From: an uncultured Moraxella sp.
Lineage (GTDB): Bacteria; Pseudomonadota; Gammaproteobacteria; Pseudomonadales; Moraxellaceae
Assembly (NCBI GenBank): GCA_916720335.1
Contig: CAKAQU010000001.1
Location: 1-34,751 of the forward strand
DNA length: 34,751 nt
Direction: 5' to 3'
Shown: in pieces, positions 1 to 9,877 of the stretch
Layout of the letters: each line of letters opens with the position of its first letter
Position numbering within the stretch: position 1 is the stretch's first letter
Position numbers and translations under genes: made by a program
The notes under the pieces: model-generated
The model's input: only the letters and a program-made list of their open reading frames with translations
Database searches by the model: none
Told to the model about the DNA's origin: nothing

Positions 1-327
1 GATTTGTAAATCAGCTTTATTTACGGGTATTAACAAATAGTCTACTGCACCTGATTTTAATGCGGTAAGTGTTGATGTAATGTCATCAATCCCTGAAAAA
101 ATCAGCGCTGGTGGATTGTGAAATTCACGATTTAATACCTGATAAAATTCATGAACATTAGGAGTGTGAGCACTCAATAAAATCACATCGGGCTGACGCG
201 CTTTAACTTCTGGAATAATTTCCTCTAAACGTTCCACCTGTGCTGTTACTCGATGACCTAAACTTTCAACTAAACTGGCTAAATGTTTACGTACTGCCAA
301 TTCCGCATCACAAATGATTACTTGCAT
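1..327 (-). CDS. AlgR-like response regulator, N-terminal receiver domain (partial, runs off left edge); phospho-acceptor degenerate
   Basis: Not in ORF track. Manual translation from ATG at 327: MQVIICDAELAVRKHLASLVESLGHRVTAQVERLEEIIPEVKARQPDVILLSAHTPNVHEFYQVLNREFHNPPALIFSGIDDITSTLTALKSGAVDYLLIPVNKADLQI. Receiver-fold pattern; PPALIF and AVDYLLxPV resemble AlgR; divergent from argH like the Pseudomonas argH/algZR locus. Confidence 0.7.
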   Translation of the reverse strand, partial: MQVIICDAELAVRKHLASLVESLGHRVTAQVERLEEIIPEVKARQPDVILLSAHTPNVHEFYQVLNREFHNPPALIFSGIDDITSTLTALKSGAVDYLLIPVNKADLQI

Positions 328-911
328 AACAAACACCTGACACCTTTTTTTTCAATCATTATTAACTAAAATTTTTACCTAAATTATTTGTAATTAGAAA
401 AATCAAATCATGATTCTTATTTATCCAAAATTATCGCATCGAATCGATTTGTCAATTACAAAAACAAAACACGTTTTGCATCAATCAGACAAATCAACAA
501 ACTTTTTCTATAAATGGTTTGTAATTAAAAAGTTGATAAAAAACCGTATATTACACTTCATCCCCTTTTTAAAACCATTTAGTTACAAAATAACTACGAA
601 CAACCCTATAAAGTGCGACAAACTTCCGATACATGGTTATACTTTTAATGCTGCAAATGCTGTTCCAACTTTTTTATATCTATTTATAAATTTAAAAAAA
701 TTTTAATAAAATGCTTAAAAATTAAGCGTTTATTACAAAAAAATCTATCTTTAAAAGTTGATTTTACCGTTTTATTTTGCTGCTTTTAGGGCTGTATAAA
801 TTTTTTTTGGATAAACTTATAAGGTTATTGTGCTTCATGTTAAAATAGCTTTTATAAAAAAATGATGACGTGAATTATTGTGTTTTATCCATTGAAATTA
901 GGTGAATAACT

Positions 912-2330
912 ATGACGGGACATAATCAATCAGGACAGATGTGGGGAGGGCGATTTAATGAGGCAACCGATAGTTTTGTTGCTGAATTTACCGCATCAGT
1001 TAATTTTGATAAACGTATGGCAAAAGAAGACATTCAGGGTTCTATTGCTCATGCAACCATGCTTGGCAAATGTGGCATTATCAGCACAAGCGAAAGCCAA
1101 CAAATCATCAATGGGCTGACTCAAATTGAGCAAGAAATTGACAGTGGAGAATTTGTCTGGTCAGTCGCTTTAGAAGATGTACATATGAATATTGAGTCCA
1201 GACTCACCGCACTGATTGGCGATGTTGGTAAAAAATTGCATACAGGACGTAGTAGAAATGACCAAGTTGCTACCGATATTCGCCTGTATTTACGCAATCA
1301 AACGGACGTGATTTTATCACTGCTTACCCGCTTGCAAACGGGGCTTTTAGAGCTTGCTGACAAACATACCAATACCATCATGCCGGGTTTTACCCATTTG
1401 CAAACAGCTCAACCAGTTAGTTTCGCTCATCATGTCATGGCATGGTTTGAAATGCTGCTGCGCGATAGTGAGCGTTTTTGCGACACCAGAAAACGCATCA
1501 ATCAAATGCCACTTGGTAGTGCAGCATTGGCTGGCACAACGTACCCCATTGACCGAAATATTACTGCTAAACTTCTAGGATTTGAAGGAATTTGTCAAAA
1601 CTCACTGGATGCAGTTTCTGATAGAGATTTTGCGATTGAATTTGCCGCCAATGCGTCCATTTTGATGATGCATTTATCTCGTATGAGCGAAGAGATTATT
1701 TTATGGATGTCTGCCCAATTTGGTTTTGTGTATGTGCCTGACCGTTTTTGTACTGGTTCAAGCATCATGCCTCAAAAGAAAAACCCAGATGTTCCTGAAC
1801 TGGTGCGTGGCAAGGCGGCTCGTGTGTTTGGTCAATTAACCACACTATTGACATTGATGAAAAATCAGCCCCTAGCTTACAATAAAGACAATCAAGAAGA
1901 CAAAGAACCTCTATTTGATTGTGTGGACACTTTAACAGGCTCTTTACTTGCTTTTGCTGATATGCTGCCAAATCTTGTGCCAAACGAACAAAACATGCGT
2001 GCTGCGACGATGAAGGGCTATGCCACAGCTACGGATTTAGCAGATTATTTGGTAAAAAAAGGTTTGCCATTTCGCGATGCTCATGAGGTGGTGGGCAAAA
2101 CCGTTGCATTGGCAGTAAGCCAAAATATAGATATCAGTGAATTATCCTTGGAACAATTGCAAGAATTTTCACCATTAATAGAAAACGACGTATTTGATTG
2201 TTTGACGTTAGAAGGGTCGCTAAATGCTAGAAATCATATTGGCGGAACTGCTCCAAATCAAGTTAAACAAGCCATTAAAAACGCCAGAAAGCGCATAAAA
2301 AACGTATTAGGACAGCCTGATGAATCATAA
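912..2330 (+). CDS. argH: Argininosuccinate lyase
   Basis: MWGGRF start, [22 protein letters not shown] lyase signature; AGGTG RBS upstream. Confidence 0.98.
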   Translation: MTGHNQSGQMWGGRFNEATDSFVAEFTASVNFDKRMAKEDIQGSIAHATMLGKCGIISTSESQQIINGLTQIEQEIDSGEFVWSVALEDVHMNIESRLTALIGDVGKKLHTGRSRNDQVATDIRLYLRNQTDVILSLLTRLQTGLLELADKHTNTIMPGFTHLQTAQPVSFAHHVMAWFEMLLRDSERFCDTRKRINQMPLGSAALAGTTYPIDRNITAKLLGFEGICQNSLDAVSDRDFAIEFAANASILMMHLSRMSEEIILWMSAQFGFVYVPDRFCTGSSIMPQKKNPDVPELVRGKAARVFGQLTTLLTLMKNQPLAYNKDNQEDKEPLFDCVDTLTGSLLAFADMLPNLVPNEQNMRAATMKGYATATDLADYLVKKGLPFRDAHEVVGKTVALAVSQNIDISELSLEQLQEFSPLIENDVFDCLTLEGSLNARNHIGGTAPNQVKQAIKNARKRIKNVLGQPDES

Positions 2331-3090
2331 CGCACCCATTTGTATTTTTGATATTGAGACCATTCCTGATACTCAAACAGGTAAATTGCTGTACCCACAG
2401 CTTGCTGATTTATCTGAAGAGGAAGCGATAACGGAGCTGCAAAAAATTCGCCAAGAAGAGGCAGGTAGTGATTTTATGCGACTTCCTTTGCATAAAATCG
2501 CATGTTTATCGTTTTTGTGGTTTGAAAATCAAACCTTAAAATTGCATTCTTTATCACTAGAAAACCATGACGAACAGGGAATTTTAAGCACGTTTTTGCG
2601 AGCATTTAATAAAAAACCAACGCTGATTTCGTGGAATGGTGCAAATTTCGATTTACCAGTGCTGCTTTATCGTATGGCGCACCATAAACTTAATGCAACC
2701 GCCTTACTGCAGGGTAATAACAGCGCTAAAGGTTATTTAAATCGCTACAGTCAAAGTCATATTGACCTGATGCAAAAATTTTCCTTTGAGGCGTGGGGTA
2801 ATAAACAAAAACTGGATATTATTGCCAGTCTTTGTGGGTTTGCTGGTAAGGGAGAAATTGATGGTCATCAGGTTGTACCAATGGTATTAGAGGATAGATG
2901 GCAAGAATTGACTACATATTGTGAATCAGACGTGATTAATACTTGGTTGATTTACATTCGTTATCAGTTATTAACTGGTGAAATTGACATGCAAACAGCT
3001 GATAATGCAGTGAATTTTACCAAAAACTATTTACAAACATTGACTAACGCTGATGGTAAGCCTAGACATGCCCGTTTTTACGAAGAATGA
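2320..3090 (+). CDS. Stand-alone DEDDy 3'-5' exonuclease (PolB-exo-like)
   Basis: ExoI FDIET, Exo[12 protein letters not shown], ExoIII YCESD; overlaps argH by 11 nt. Confidence 0.85.
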   Translation: MNHNAPICIFDIETIPDTQTGKLLYPQLADLSEEEAITELQKIRQEEAGSDFMRLPLHKIACLSFLWFENQTLKLHSLSLENHDEQGILSTFLRAFNKKPTLISWNGANFDLPVLLYRMAHHKLNATALLQGNNSAKGYLNRYSQSHIDLMQKFSFEAWGNKQKLDIIASLCGFAGKGEIDGHQVVPMVLEDRWQELTTYCESDVINTWLIYIRYQLLTGEIDMQTADNAVNFTKNYLQTLTNADGKPRHARFYEE

Positions 3091-3103
3091 ATCAAAAGGA
3101 TAA

Positions 3104-3445
<342 letters not shown>

Positions 3446-3449
3446 ACTA

Positions 3450-3485
3450 AATAAAAAACGCATCTACAATGATGCGTTTTTATTT
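3450..3485. terminator. Bidirectional intrinsic terminator
   Basis: AAAAAACGCATC-tacaat-GATGCGTTTTT between convergent genes. Confidence 0.85.
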
Positions 3486-3502
3486 ATCAAGCAATTGATG
3501 TA

Positions 3503-3871
3503 TTATTTTTTAACCCAAGTTTGCGAACCTTTTAAGGTTTTTAAAGTTAAGCTGTTGCCATTTAATGTAATATCTGCTTTTACCGCAGGTAAGGCTCCCC
3601 AACGAGGGTCTTTTGCACGCCCTTTATATTTGCCATTTCCTTGAGATTCAACATCTAATAACACTGTTTTCCCCACAAAGGTTTTGGCTTTTTCAGTTTG
3701 TCCACTAGAGACCGTGCCAACGTATTTTGCGCCCGATTGACTGATGGTAACGACTGCTTTAGGCTGCCCGTTTTCGCTCATTTGCCAATTACCAACAATT
3801 GGGTCAGCAGCAAATGCACTTACACCTAACATTAAGCCTGCGCCAAATACCATTACTTGAGTTAATTTCAT
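3503..3871 (-). CDS. Small exported protein, DUF2147-like
   Basis: Signal peptide ending SAFA; ADPIVGNW start, YxGxxxDP motif, C-terminal TWxK. Confidence 0.6.
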   Translation of the reverse strand: MKLTQVMVFGAGLMLGVSAFAADPIVGNWQMSENGQPKAVVTISQSGAKYVGTVSSGQTEKAKTFVGKTVLLDVESQGNGKYKGRAKDPRWGALPAVKADITLNGNSLTLKTLKGSQTWVKK

Positions 3872-3951
3872 AACGAATCCTACTAATAAAACAGTTGTTA
3901 AAACAAACGTAAACCAAATATAGGCAAATTATAACAAAATTATTCACAAAA

Positions 3952-4200
3952 TCAAGCAAAAGGATTTTCTATGCTGTCATTTTCCAATGAATTTTTGGGT
4001 AATGTTTCTGGTAAATCGTCTATTTTTTCAAAAGTTTGCCATAACTCTTTGGCAAAATCGTATAACATTTGTGCTTGTTGTTTGCCGATTTGAGTTTTTT
4101 CAATTTCAACATCACCAGCAATAAGTATGCTGTCTTGTCCGTTTTCAACGGTTAAATTGGCAATTTGTAAAACTTGACTATCGTTTTGAAAAATATCCAT
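3952..4200 (-). CDS. Small acidic hypothetical protein coupled to the nuclease gene
   Basis: 82 aa, 16 D/E vs 5 K, no signal peptide, ends ENPFA; starts 9 nt after the nuclease stop, with an AAGG RBS overlapping that stop. Confidence 0.75.
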   Translation of the reverse strand: MDIFQNDSQVLQIANLTVENGQDSILIAGDVEIEKTQIGKQQAQMLYDFAKELWQTFEKIDDLPETLPKNSLENDSIENPFA

Positions 4201-4209
4201 TTTTTTACC

Positions 4210-5157
4210 TTATTTAAATAAACTAAGAATAAATTTTAAAATTTCAGCAATCAAAACCGCCCAGCCGCTAGCATCTTCTTTTTGATTTTGCTGATTTTTT
4301 TTTGAGTTATTATCATCATTTTTTGTTGGGTTTTCTGCCGAAGTTGGCAATGAATAGGCTTCTTGGCGCAACGATTGGGGTAAATCAGGCATTACTGATA
4401 TTCCAGTCAAATTGGTAAGTTCATCTAAGCTAATAACCTGCATTTGACTGTTCTCAGTGTTGGCAGAATAATAAACCCCCGCTTTTTGAATGGATGGTAG
4501 GTAAACGGCTTTAAAAAAATGGCTTGGAACAAGCACGCCTGCACCAATTTTTTGGATATTTTTACCAGAAAATGCCACGCCTGTAACTACGTAGGCGCTG
4601 CCGTATTTATTGACCAAATAGCGCGTGCTGGATTCTATTTTTCGCCAATCACCGCGATTATGCGTGCCATTTTGCGGGGCAATATTAGCAAGGCTAAAAC
4701 TATCAAACTGCTGTGATGAGTTTGCCATATCACCGTTTGGCGCCAAATGCCCTCTGTCAAATCCAGATTGTCGGTAATCGGATAATAAGGCTTGAGCAGA
4801 TTTTGGTAGACGACTTTCTTCATGAAAGTTATCTTCTCGGGTGAGAGTTTTGGCTCGCCGAATGCGTTCTTTGGTTAAAAATTCTGCAGACCAAATTGGC
4901 GTTTTGGAAATCCCCGAATAAAGCACCGCAAACCCATCAAAACACAACTCATAAGTTTTTTTGGCAAGTTTCTCGCCTTTAGTGCCAACAAGTTGGGGTG
5001 GGGTATTTTGATAAAAATTGTCAGGACAGCTGGTGAAATTTTGAGCGGTTTTTTCGCTATTTACATTTTGACCAAGGTGAATATCATTTTTGGCAATCGC
5101 CGTTTGAGCGGACAACAACAAGGTTAAACCAGTAAATAAAACTGAAATTTTCGTCAT
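4210..5157 (-). CDS. Secreted DNA/RNA non-specific endonuclease (His-Me finger, NucA/EndA family)
   Basis: FDRGHLAP active-site motif, SLANIAPQ, WxxIE; signal peptide from MTKISVLF (ATG 5157 preceded by AAGGA; ORF track start 5187). Confidence 0.92.
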   Translation of the reverse strand: MTKISVLFTGLTLLLSAQTAIAKNDIHLGQNVNSEKTAQNFTSCPDNFYQNTPPQLVGTKGEKLAKKTYELCFDGFAVLYSGISKTPIWSAEFLTKERIRRAKTLTREDNFHEESRLPKSAQALLSDYRQSGFDRGHLAPNGDMANSSQQFDSFSLANIAPQNGTHNRGDWRKIESSTRYLVNKYGSAYVVTGVAFSGKNIQKIGAGVLVPSHFFKAVYLPSIQKAGVYYSANTENSQMQVISLDELTNLTGISVMPDLPQSLRQEAYSLPTSAENPTKNDDNNSKKNQQNQKEDASGWAVLIAEILKFILSLFK

Positions 5158-5247
5158 TAATGTTCCTTTTGATTGTTTTTCATACAAAGGATAGAAAAAC
5201 CGTAAAATGACCTTATTATAGCCATTTCTAAGTCAAATGAAAATTTT

Positions 5248-6390
5248 ATGCCTAAAAATTCACACTTTTCCCAAAAAATACTCACCTGGTTTGAAACATC
5301 CGGTCGGCATGATTTGCCATGGCAGCAGCACAAAAAAGAACAAAGTGATATTTATGCAGTATGGTTATCTGAAATTATGTTGCAGCAAACCCAAGTCAGC
5401 ACAGTGATTCCTTATTTTCAAAGATTCATTGCAAAATTTCCAACGGTGATTGATTTGGCGGCAGCAGACTGGGATGAGGTTGCCAATCTTTGGGCAGGGC
5501 TAGGTTATTATGCGCGTGCCAAAAATCTGTATCAAGGGGCAAAACAAGTGGTGGATTTTATAAAGCGCACAGGTAATTTCCCTCAAAGTGTTGACCAGTG
5601 GCAAACCATTAAAGGAGTTGGGCAATCAACTGCTGGGGCGATTGTGGCGATGGGAGTTCGTGGATTTGGAGTGATTTGTGATGGCAATGTCAAACGCGTT
5701 CTGAGTCGGTGGGCGATGATAAGTGATGATATCAATAAAACGGCAACTCAAAAACAGCTTTGGCAGCTTGCCCAAGCACTTACGCCCAAACACGATAGTG
5801 GAAAATACGCTCAAGCGATGATGGATTTAGGTGCAACTATATGCACCAAAAATCGCCCAAAATGCACACTTTGCCCAATTAGTGCGGATTGTCAAGCCTA
5901 TCAAAAAGCCAATCCTATCAATTATCCTGTTAAAAACAAAAGCAAAGAAAAACCCAAACGTTATAGTTTTGCATTTCAGCTTATTCAGGAAAATACAGCA
6001 AAAACACTGTGGCTGAAACGTCAAAGTGTAACCAAACATCACGGTATTTGGGAAGGTTTATGGTGTTTGCCACTGTTGGATAGTGATGTGCCATTTGATG
6101 GTGATACCTATCAGCCATCGTTTAATCAGGGATTGGGTAATTGCCAACTGGGCGAAACTGTATTGTTTGAAATGCTCAAAAATAAACCTTTGCCCACATC
6201 CGTTATCCGTACCATCAAACACACGTTATCGCATTTTCATTGGTATTTAACGTTGGTTGAGTTAAAAATAAGTCCAGCACTGGCAGCAGAAATTGAGCAA
6301 AGATTAATTAAAAATAACGTTTCTTTTCGTTGGCAAGCCTGCAATGATGGTTTTGCTAAACCAAAAGCAATGATAAACCTGCTGCAGTAG
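5248..6390 (+). CDS. mutY: A/G-specific adenine glycosylase
   Basis: SEIMLQQTQV, LGYYARA, HhH KGVGQSTAGAI, DGNVKRV, Fe-S motif CTKNRPKCTLCPISADC. Confidence 0.95.
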   Translation: MPKNSHFSQKILTWFETSGRHDLPWQQHKKEQSDIYAVWLSEIMLQQTQVSTVIPYFQRFIAKFPTVIDLAAADWDEVANLWAGLGYYARAKNLYQGAKQVVDFIKRTGNFPQSVDQWQTIKGVGQSTAGAIVAMGVRGFGVICDGNVKRVLSRWAMISDDINKTATQKQLWQLAQALTPKHDSGKYAQAMMDLGATICTKNRPKCTLCPISADCQAYQKANPINYPVKNKSKEKPKRYSFAFQLIQENTAKTLWLKRQSVTKHHGIWEGLWCLPLLDSDVPFDGDTYQPSFNQGLGNCQLGETVLFEMLKNKPLPTSVIRTIKHTLSHFHWYLTLVELKISPALAAEIEQRLIKNNVSFRWQACNDGFAKPKAMINLLQ

Positions 6391-6423
6391 CTATTTATTA
6401 TCAATAGGATACGATTAATAAGA

Positions 6424-7314
6424 TTAAAATTGACGCACTTGCAGCCAATCTACGATAGTAGCTAATAAATTATTATCACCAAAATCGGCAATGTAAATTT
6501 TTGCTTGATAAAACAGCGAATCCGCGTACTTTCTGGCATTGTCAACCCCAAGCAATTTAACGTAAGTGGATTTTTGTAATTTTTCATCTGCCCCTGCCAT
6601 CTTTCCAAGGGTTTGAGTGTCTGCTACCACATCTAAAACATCGTCTTGCACCTGAAAAGCAAGTCCTAAACACCGGGCGTATTGTTGCAAATTATGCATA
6701 TCTTCATGATTTGCAGATGCACATGCCGCCCCCATTAAAACTGCCGCTTCAATCAATGCGCCTGTTTTGTCTTGATGGATGCATTCTAACTGGTTCTGTG
6801 ATAGTTCTTGATTTTCGCCATTTAAATCCAGTTGCTGTCCTGCCACCATACGTCTGGCACGCGGTGCTAAAATCTGGATTAAAAATAAAGCAGTTTGTTG
6901 CTGGTTTTCAGTTAAGTCTGTTGTTAGTATTTCAAATGCCAATGATTGTAAAACATCACCAGTGAGTAATGCTGACGCTTCGCCATAAACTTTATGACAG
7001 GTTGGTTTGCCTCGTCGTAAATCATCATCATCCATACATGGCAAGTCATCATGCACTAAAGAATAACCATGAATTAATTCAACAGCAAGCATGGCTTTTT
7101 GAACCAAAGAATGATTTTGGGATAATTTGGACATGCCATTTAGCGTTAAAAATGTCGCCAAAGTTAACATGGGGCGTACTCTTTTGCCGCCATTTGCCAT
7201 CGCATAAAATGCTGCTTCTGCTAAAGGTTTGGGTAAATTGGCCTGAGTTAGTAGGTTGTGTAGCTGTGTTTCAAGCTGTGATTGTGTGGTTTTTTGCAGT
7301 TCTTGGATAAGCAT
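6424..7314 (-). CDS. ispA: Farnesyl diphosphate synthase
   Basis: GGKRVRP, SLVHDDLPCMDDDDLRRGKPT, FQVQDD. Confidence 0.93.
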   Translation of the reverse strand: MLIQELQKTTQSQLETQLHNLLTQANLPKPLAEAAFYAMANGGKRVRPMLTLATFLTLNGMSKLSQNHSLVQKAMLAVELIHGYSLVHDDLPCMDDDDLRRGKPTCHKVYGEASALLTGDVLQSLAFEILTTDLTENQQQTALFLIQILAPRARRMVAGQQLDLNGENQELSQNQLECIHQDKTGALIEAAVLMGAACASANHEDMHNLQQYARCLGLAFQVQDDVLDVVADTQTLGKMAGADEKLQKSTYVKLLGVDNARKYADSLFYQAKIYIADFGDNNLLATIVDWLQVRQF

Positions 7315-7399
7315 ATTGTTCTTTGTACCTACATTGTATTAAAAAATATGCTTATCATACTGCAAAAATGAAAAATTTATAAATTTTTTATAAAAACAC

Positions 7400-7435
7400 T
7401 TGCTAAATTTTAAAAATATGCTATTATACGCAGCG
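7400..7435 (+). promoter_or_regulatory. Sigma70 promoter of tRNA-Phe
   Basis: TTGCTA-16-TATTAT with extended -10 TG and GC-rich discriminator ACGCAGCG. Confidence 0.6.
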
Positions 7436-7454
7436 TTGTTACTTGATACAACTT

Positions 7455-7530
7455 GGCGCGATAGCTCAGTCGGTAGAGCAACGGATTGAAAATCCGTGTG
7501 TCGGCAGTTCGATCCTGCCTCACGCCACCA
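7455..7530 (+). tRNA. tRNA-Phe (GAA)
   Basis: Cloverleaf; anticodon arm ACGGA-TTGAAAA-TCCGT, T-arm GGCAG-TTCGATC-CTGCC, encoded CCA. Confidence 0.97.
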
Positions 7531-7535
7531 TATTT

Positions 7536-7563
7536 AAACCCCCTAGGAAACTAGGGGGTTTTA
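7536..7563 (+). terminator. Intrinsic terminator after tRNA-Phe
   Basis: AAACCCCCTAG-gaaa-CTAGGGGGTTTT. Confidence 0.85.
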
Positions 7564-7603
7564 ACTTTTTAGCTTTAAATCATTATCAGATTAAAACTTA
7601 CCC

Positions 7604-7639
7604 AATAAAAAAAGAGCCTGAAAATTGGCTCTTTTTATT
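7604..7639 (-). terminator. Intrinsic terminator of the lipoprotein gene
   Basis: AAAAAAAGAGCC-tgaaaatt-GGCTCTTTTT. Confidence 0.8.
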
Positions 7640-7664
7640 CACATTAGAAAAATTTTCTAGTGAA

Positions 7665-8117
7665 TTACTTTTTAGCAGCGTCAGCAGCGGCTTCTGCACC
7701 AGCTTTAGCAGCGTCAGCAGTAGCTTCAGCGGCACCTTTTGCAGCGTCAGCACCAGCTTTAGCAGCGTCAGCAGCGGCTTCTGCACCAGCTTTGGCAGCG
7801 TCAGCAGTAGCTTCAGCAGCACCTTTTGCAGCATCTTTAGCGGCTTCTGCACCAGCTTTGGCAGCGTCAGCAGTAGCTTCTGCACCAGCTTTGGCAGCGT
7901 CAGCAGTAGCTTCTGCAGCGTGTTTGGTAGCATCTTTTGCAGCATCAGCAGCGTCAGCGGCAGCTGCACCAGCTTTAGCGGCATCTGCAGCAGCAGCAGG
8001 TTTTGCAGCATCAGTAGCTTCTGGTTTTGGTGTGTCAGCTGGCTTATCAGCTGGCTTTTGGCAAGCAGTAAGAGCTAGTGATGCGATTAAAGCAGTAATA
8101 GCTAATTTAGCTTTCAT
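7665..8117 (-). CDS. Ala-rich repetitive lipoprotein
   Basis: MKAKLAITALIASLALTAC lipobox; GGAG RBS before ATG 8117; body of EATADAAKAGA-type repeats. Confidence 0.85.
   Translation of the reverse strand: MKAKLAITALIASLALTACQKPADKPADTPKPEATDAAKPAAAADAAKAGAAAADAADAAKDATKHAAEATADAAKAGAEATADAAKAGAEAAKDAAKGAAEATADAAKAGAEAAADAAKAGADAAKGAAEATADAAKAGAEAAADAAKK
7671..7917. repeat. Coding tandem repeats (33-bp and 87-bp periods)
   Basis: Exact 33-bp tandem GCTTCTGCACCAGCTTTGGCAGCGTCAGCAGTA at 7843 and 7876; near-identical blocks starting at 7671 and 7758. Confidence 0.9.
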
Positions 8118-8363
8118 ACATTTCTCCATTGAGTGAATAACAGAAAAAAACCTAAATTTTTACACAATACATCTTAAATTATGGGTTCCTTTCTTTTGTT
8201 TGTTCGCATTATATCTTAAAGCAAAAAAAAGTAAAAGACATTTTACACCTAATTTTTACAAAAATGTAAATATTAATGAAAATTTCATGCAGTTTTGTAA
8301 TTTAGCATATAAATTTGCGCAACATAATTTAAAAATTGCATAAATTTTAATTAACTATCGCGC

Positions 8364-9623
8364 TCAGCCTTTGGTCATACTGGTAAAAAACTCATCATTT
8401 GTTTTAGAATTTTTTAGGCGGTCAAGTAAAAATTCGGTTGCAACGCTGTCTTCCATGGGTTGTAAAAGTTTGCGCAGTACCCAAACGCGTCGTAATGTTT
8501 CCTCATCCAGCAGACGCTCCTCACGGCGAGTGCTGGATTTTTTGATATTAATAGCGGGGAAAATACGTCTTTCTGCCAAATCGCGTTCAAGTGTGATTTC
8601 TTGGTTGCCTGTGCCTTTAAATTCTTCAAAAATCACACTGTCCATTTTTGAACCTGTATCAGTCAGTGCAGTTGAGATAATTGTCAAGCTGCCGCCTTCT
8701 TCAACATTGCGTGCCGCTCCAAAAAAGCGTTTTGGACGTTCTAAAGCGTGCGCATCTACACCACCAGTTAAAACTTTGCCACTAGAGGGGATAACAGTAT
8801 TATACGCCCTTGCTAATCGTGTAATGGAATCCAATAAAATCACAACATCTTGTTTATGTTCAACCAGTCGCTTGGCTTTTTCAATGACCATTTCAGCTAC
8901 TTGAATGTGGCGCTGAGGCGGCTCGTCAAACGTTGATGCTACCACTTCACCACGAACCGTGCGCTGCATTTCGGTTACTTCTTCTGGGCGTTCGTCAATT
9001 AATAGCACAATTACATAGCACTCTGGATGATTTTTGGTGATGGCTTGGGCAATGCTTTGCAGTAAAACGGTTTTACCAGCTTTAGGCGGAGCAACAATAA
9101 TGGAACGCTGACCTTTGCCAATTGGAGCAATTAAGTCAATCACTCGTCCTGTTAAATCTTCAGTTGTACCATTACCAACTTCCAAACGCAGCTGCTGGGT
9201 GGGAAATAGTGGGGTTAGATTTTCAAAAATTAATTTATGGCGAGAGCGGTCAGGGGTGTCAAAGTTGATTTCACTAACCTTGAGTAATGCAAAATAGCGT
9301 TCCGAATCTTTAGGTGGGCGAATTTGACCTGCAATAGAATCTCCTGTTTGCAGGTTAAAACGGCGAATTTGACTTGGGCTGACATAAATATCATCTGGAC
9401 CTGCCAAATAAGAACCTTCACTAGAACGCAAAAACCCAAATCCATCGGGTAAAATTTCCAGTACACCATCACCATAAATTGGTTCGCCATTATGAGCATG
9501 AGTTTTTAAAATGGCAAAAATAATATCTTGTTTGCGGCTACGTGCCATATTATCCATGCCCATTTGCTCGGCAATGTGTAGCAATTCGCCTACTGATTTT
9601 CGTTTGAGTTCGGTTAGATTCAT
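8364..9623 (-). CDS. rho: Transcription termination factor Rho
   Basis: 419 aa; [26 protein letters not shown]. Confidence 0.99.
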   Translation of the reverse strand: MNLTELKRKSVGELLHIAEQMGMDNMARSRKQDIIFAILKTHAHNGEPIYGDGVLEILPDGFGFLRSSEGSYLAGPDDIYVSPSQIRRFNLQTGDSIAGQIRPPKDSERYFALLKVSEINFDTPDRSRHKLIFENLTPLFPTQQLRLEVGNGTTEDLTGRVIDLIAPIGKGQRSIIVAPPKAGKTVLLQSIAQAITKNHPECYVIVLLIDERPEEVTEMQRTVRGEVVASTFDEPPQRHIQVAEMVIEKAKRLVEHKQDVVILLDSITRLARAYNTVIPSSGKVLTGGVDAHALERPKRFFGAARNVEEGGSLTIISTALTDTGSKMDSVIFEEFKGTGNQEITLERDLAERRIFPAINIKKSSTRREERLLDEETLRRVWVLRKLLQPMEDSVATEFLLDRLKNSKTNDEFFTSMTKG

Positions 9624-9738
9624 AAGGTTATAAATAAATTATCATGATGCACAAAAAGGCATCAAATATTTGTGATGATAAGATAAAAAGATGGGAATTT
9701 CATTTAGATTGGGATAGGATTATCCCTTAGGGCTTGTT

Positions 9739-9767
9739 ATAGTAAGGCTTTGCAAGTGTTTTGTCAA
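9739..9767 (-). promoter_or_regulatory. Sigma70 promoter of rho
   Basis: Minus strand TTGACA-17-TACTAT. Confidence 0.75.
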
Positions 9768-9800
9768 TGTTTTTTGTGAATTTATCACCAATTGAGAAAT

Positions 9801-9843
9801 AAAAATCCCAATTTACCTATGGTGATGAGTAAATTGAGACTTT
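9801..9843 (-). terminator. Terminator after trxA
   Basis: Minus strand TCTCAATTTAC...GTAAATTGGGA stem (one G-U) followed by TTTTT. Confidence 0.6.
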
Positions 9844-9877
9844 ATCAAAATCATCAATACAACAAGTTTGTATTTGA

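Noticed and set aside
410..706. 98-aa ORF upstream of argH
   Set aside because: K/I/F/N-rich translation typical of AT-rich spacer, no RBS, no motif; no similarity to a histidine kinase remnant that I can see.
7671..7917. Repeats as a CRISPR array
   Set aside because: Tandem, in-frame coding repeats with no unique spacers and no cas genes.
7443..8136. ORFs 7443-8078 (+), 7660-8136 (+) and 7598-8011 (-)
   Set aside because: Shadow frames of the GCN-rich repeat lipoprotein; one runs through tRNA-Phe and two terminators.
8371..8904. 177-aa antisense ORF in rho (and similar antisense ORFs in murA, ftsI, murE, murF)
   Set aside because: Codon-bias shadows of conserved genes.
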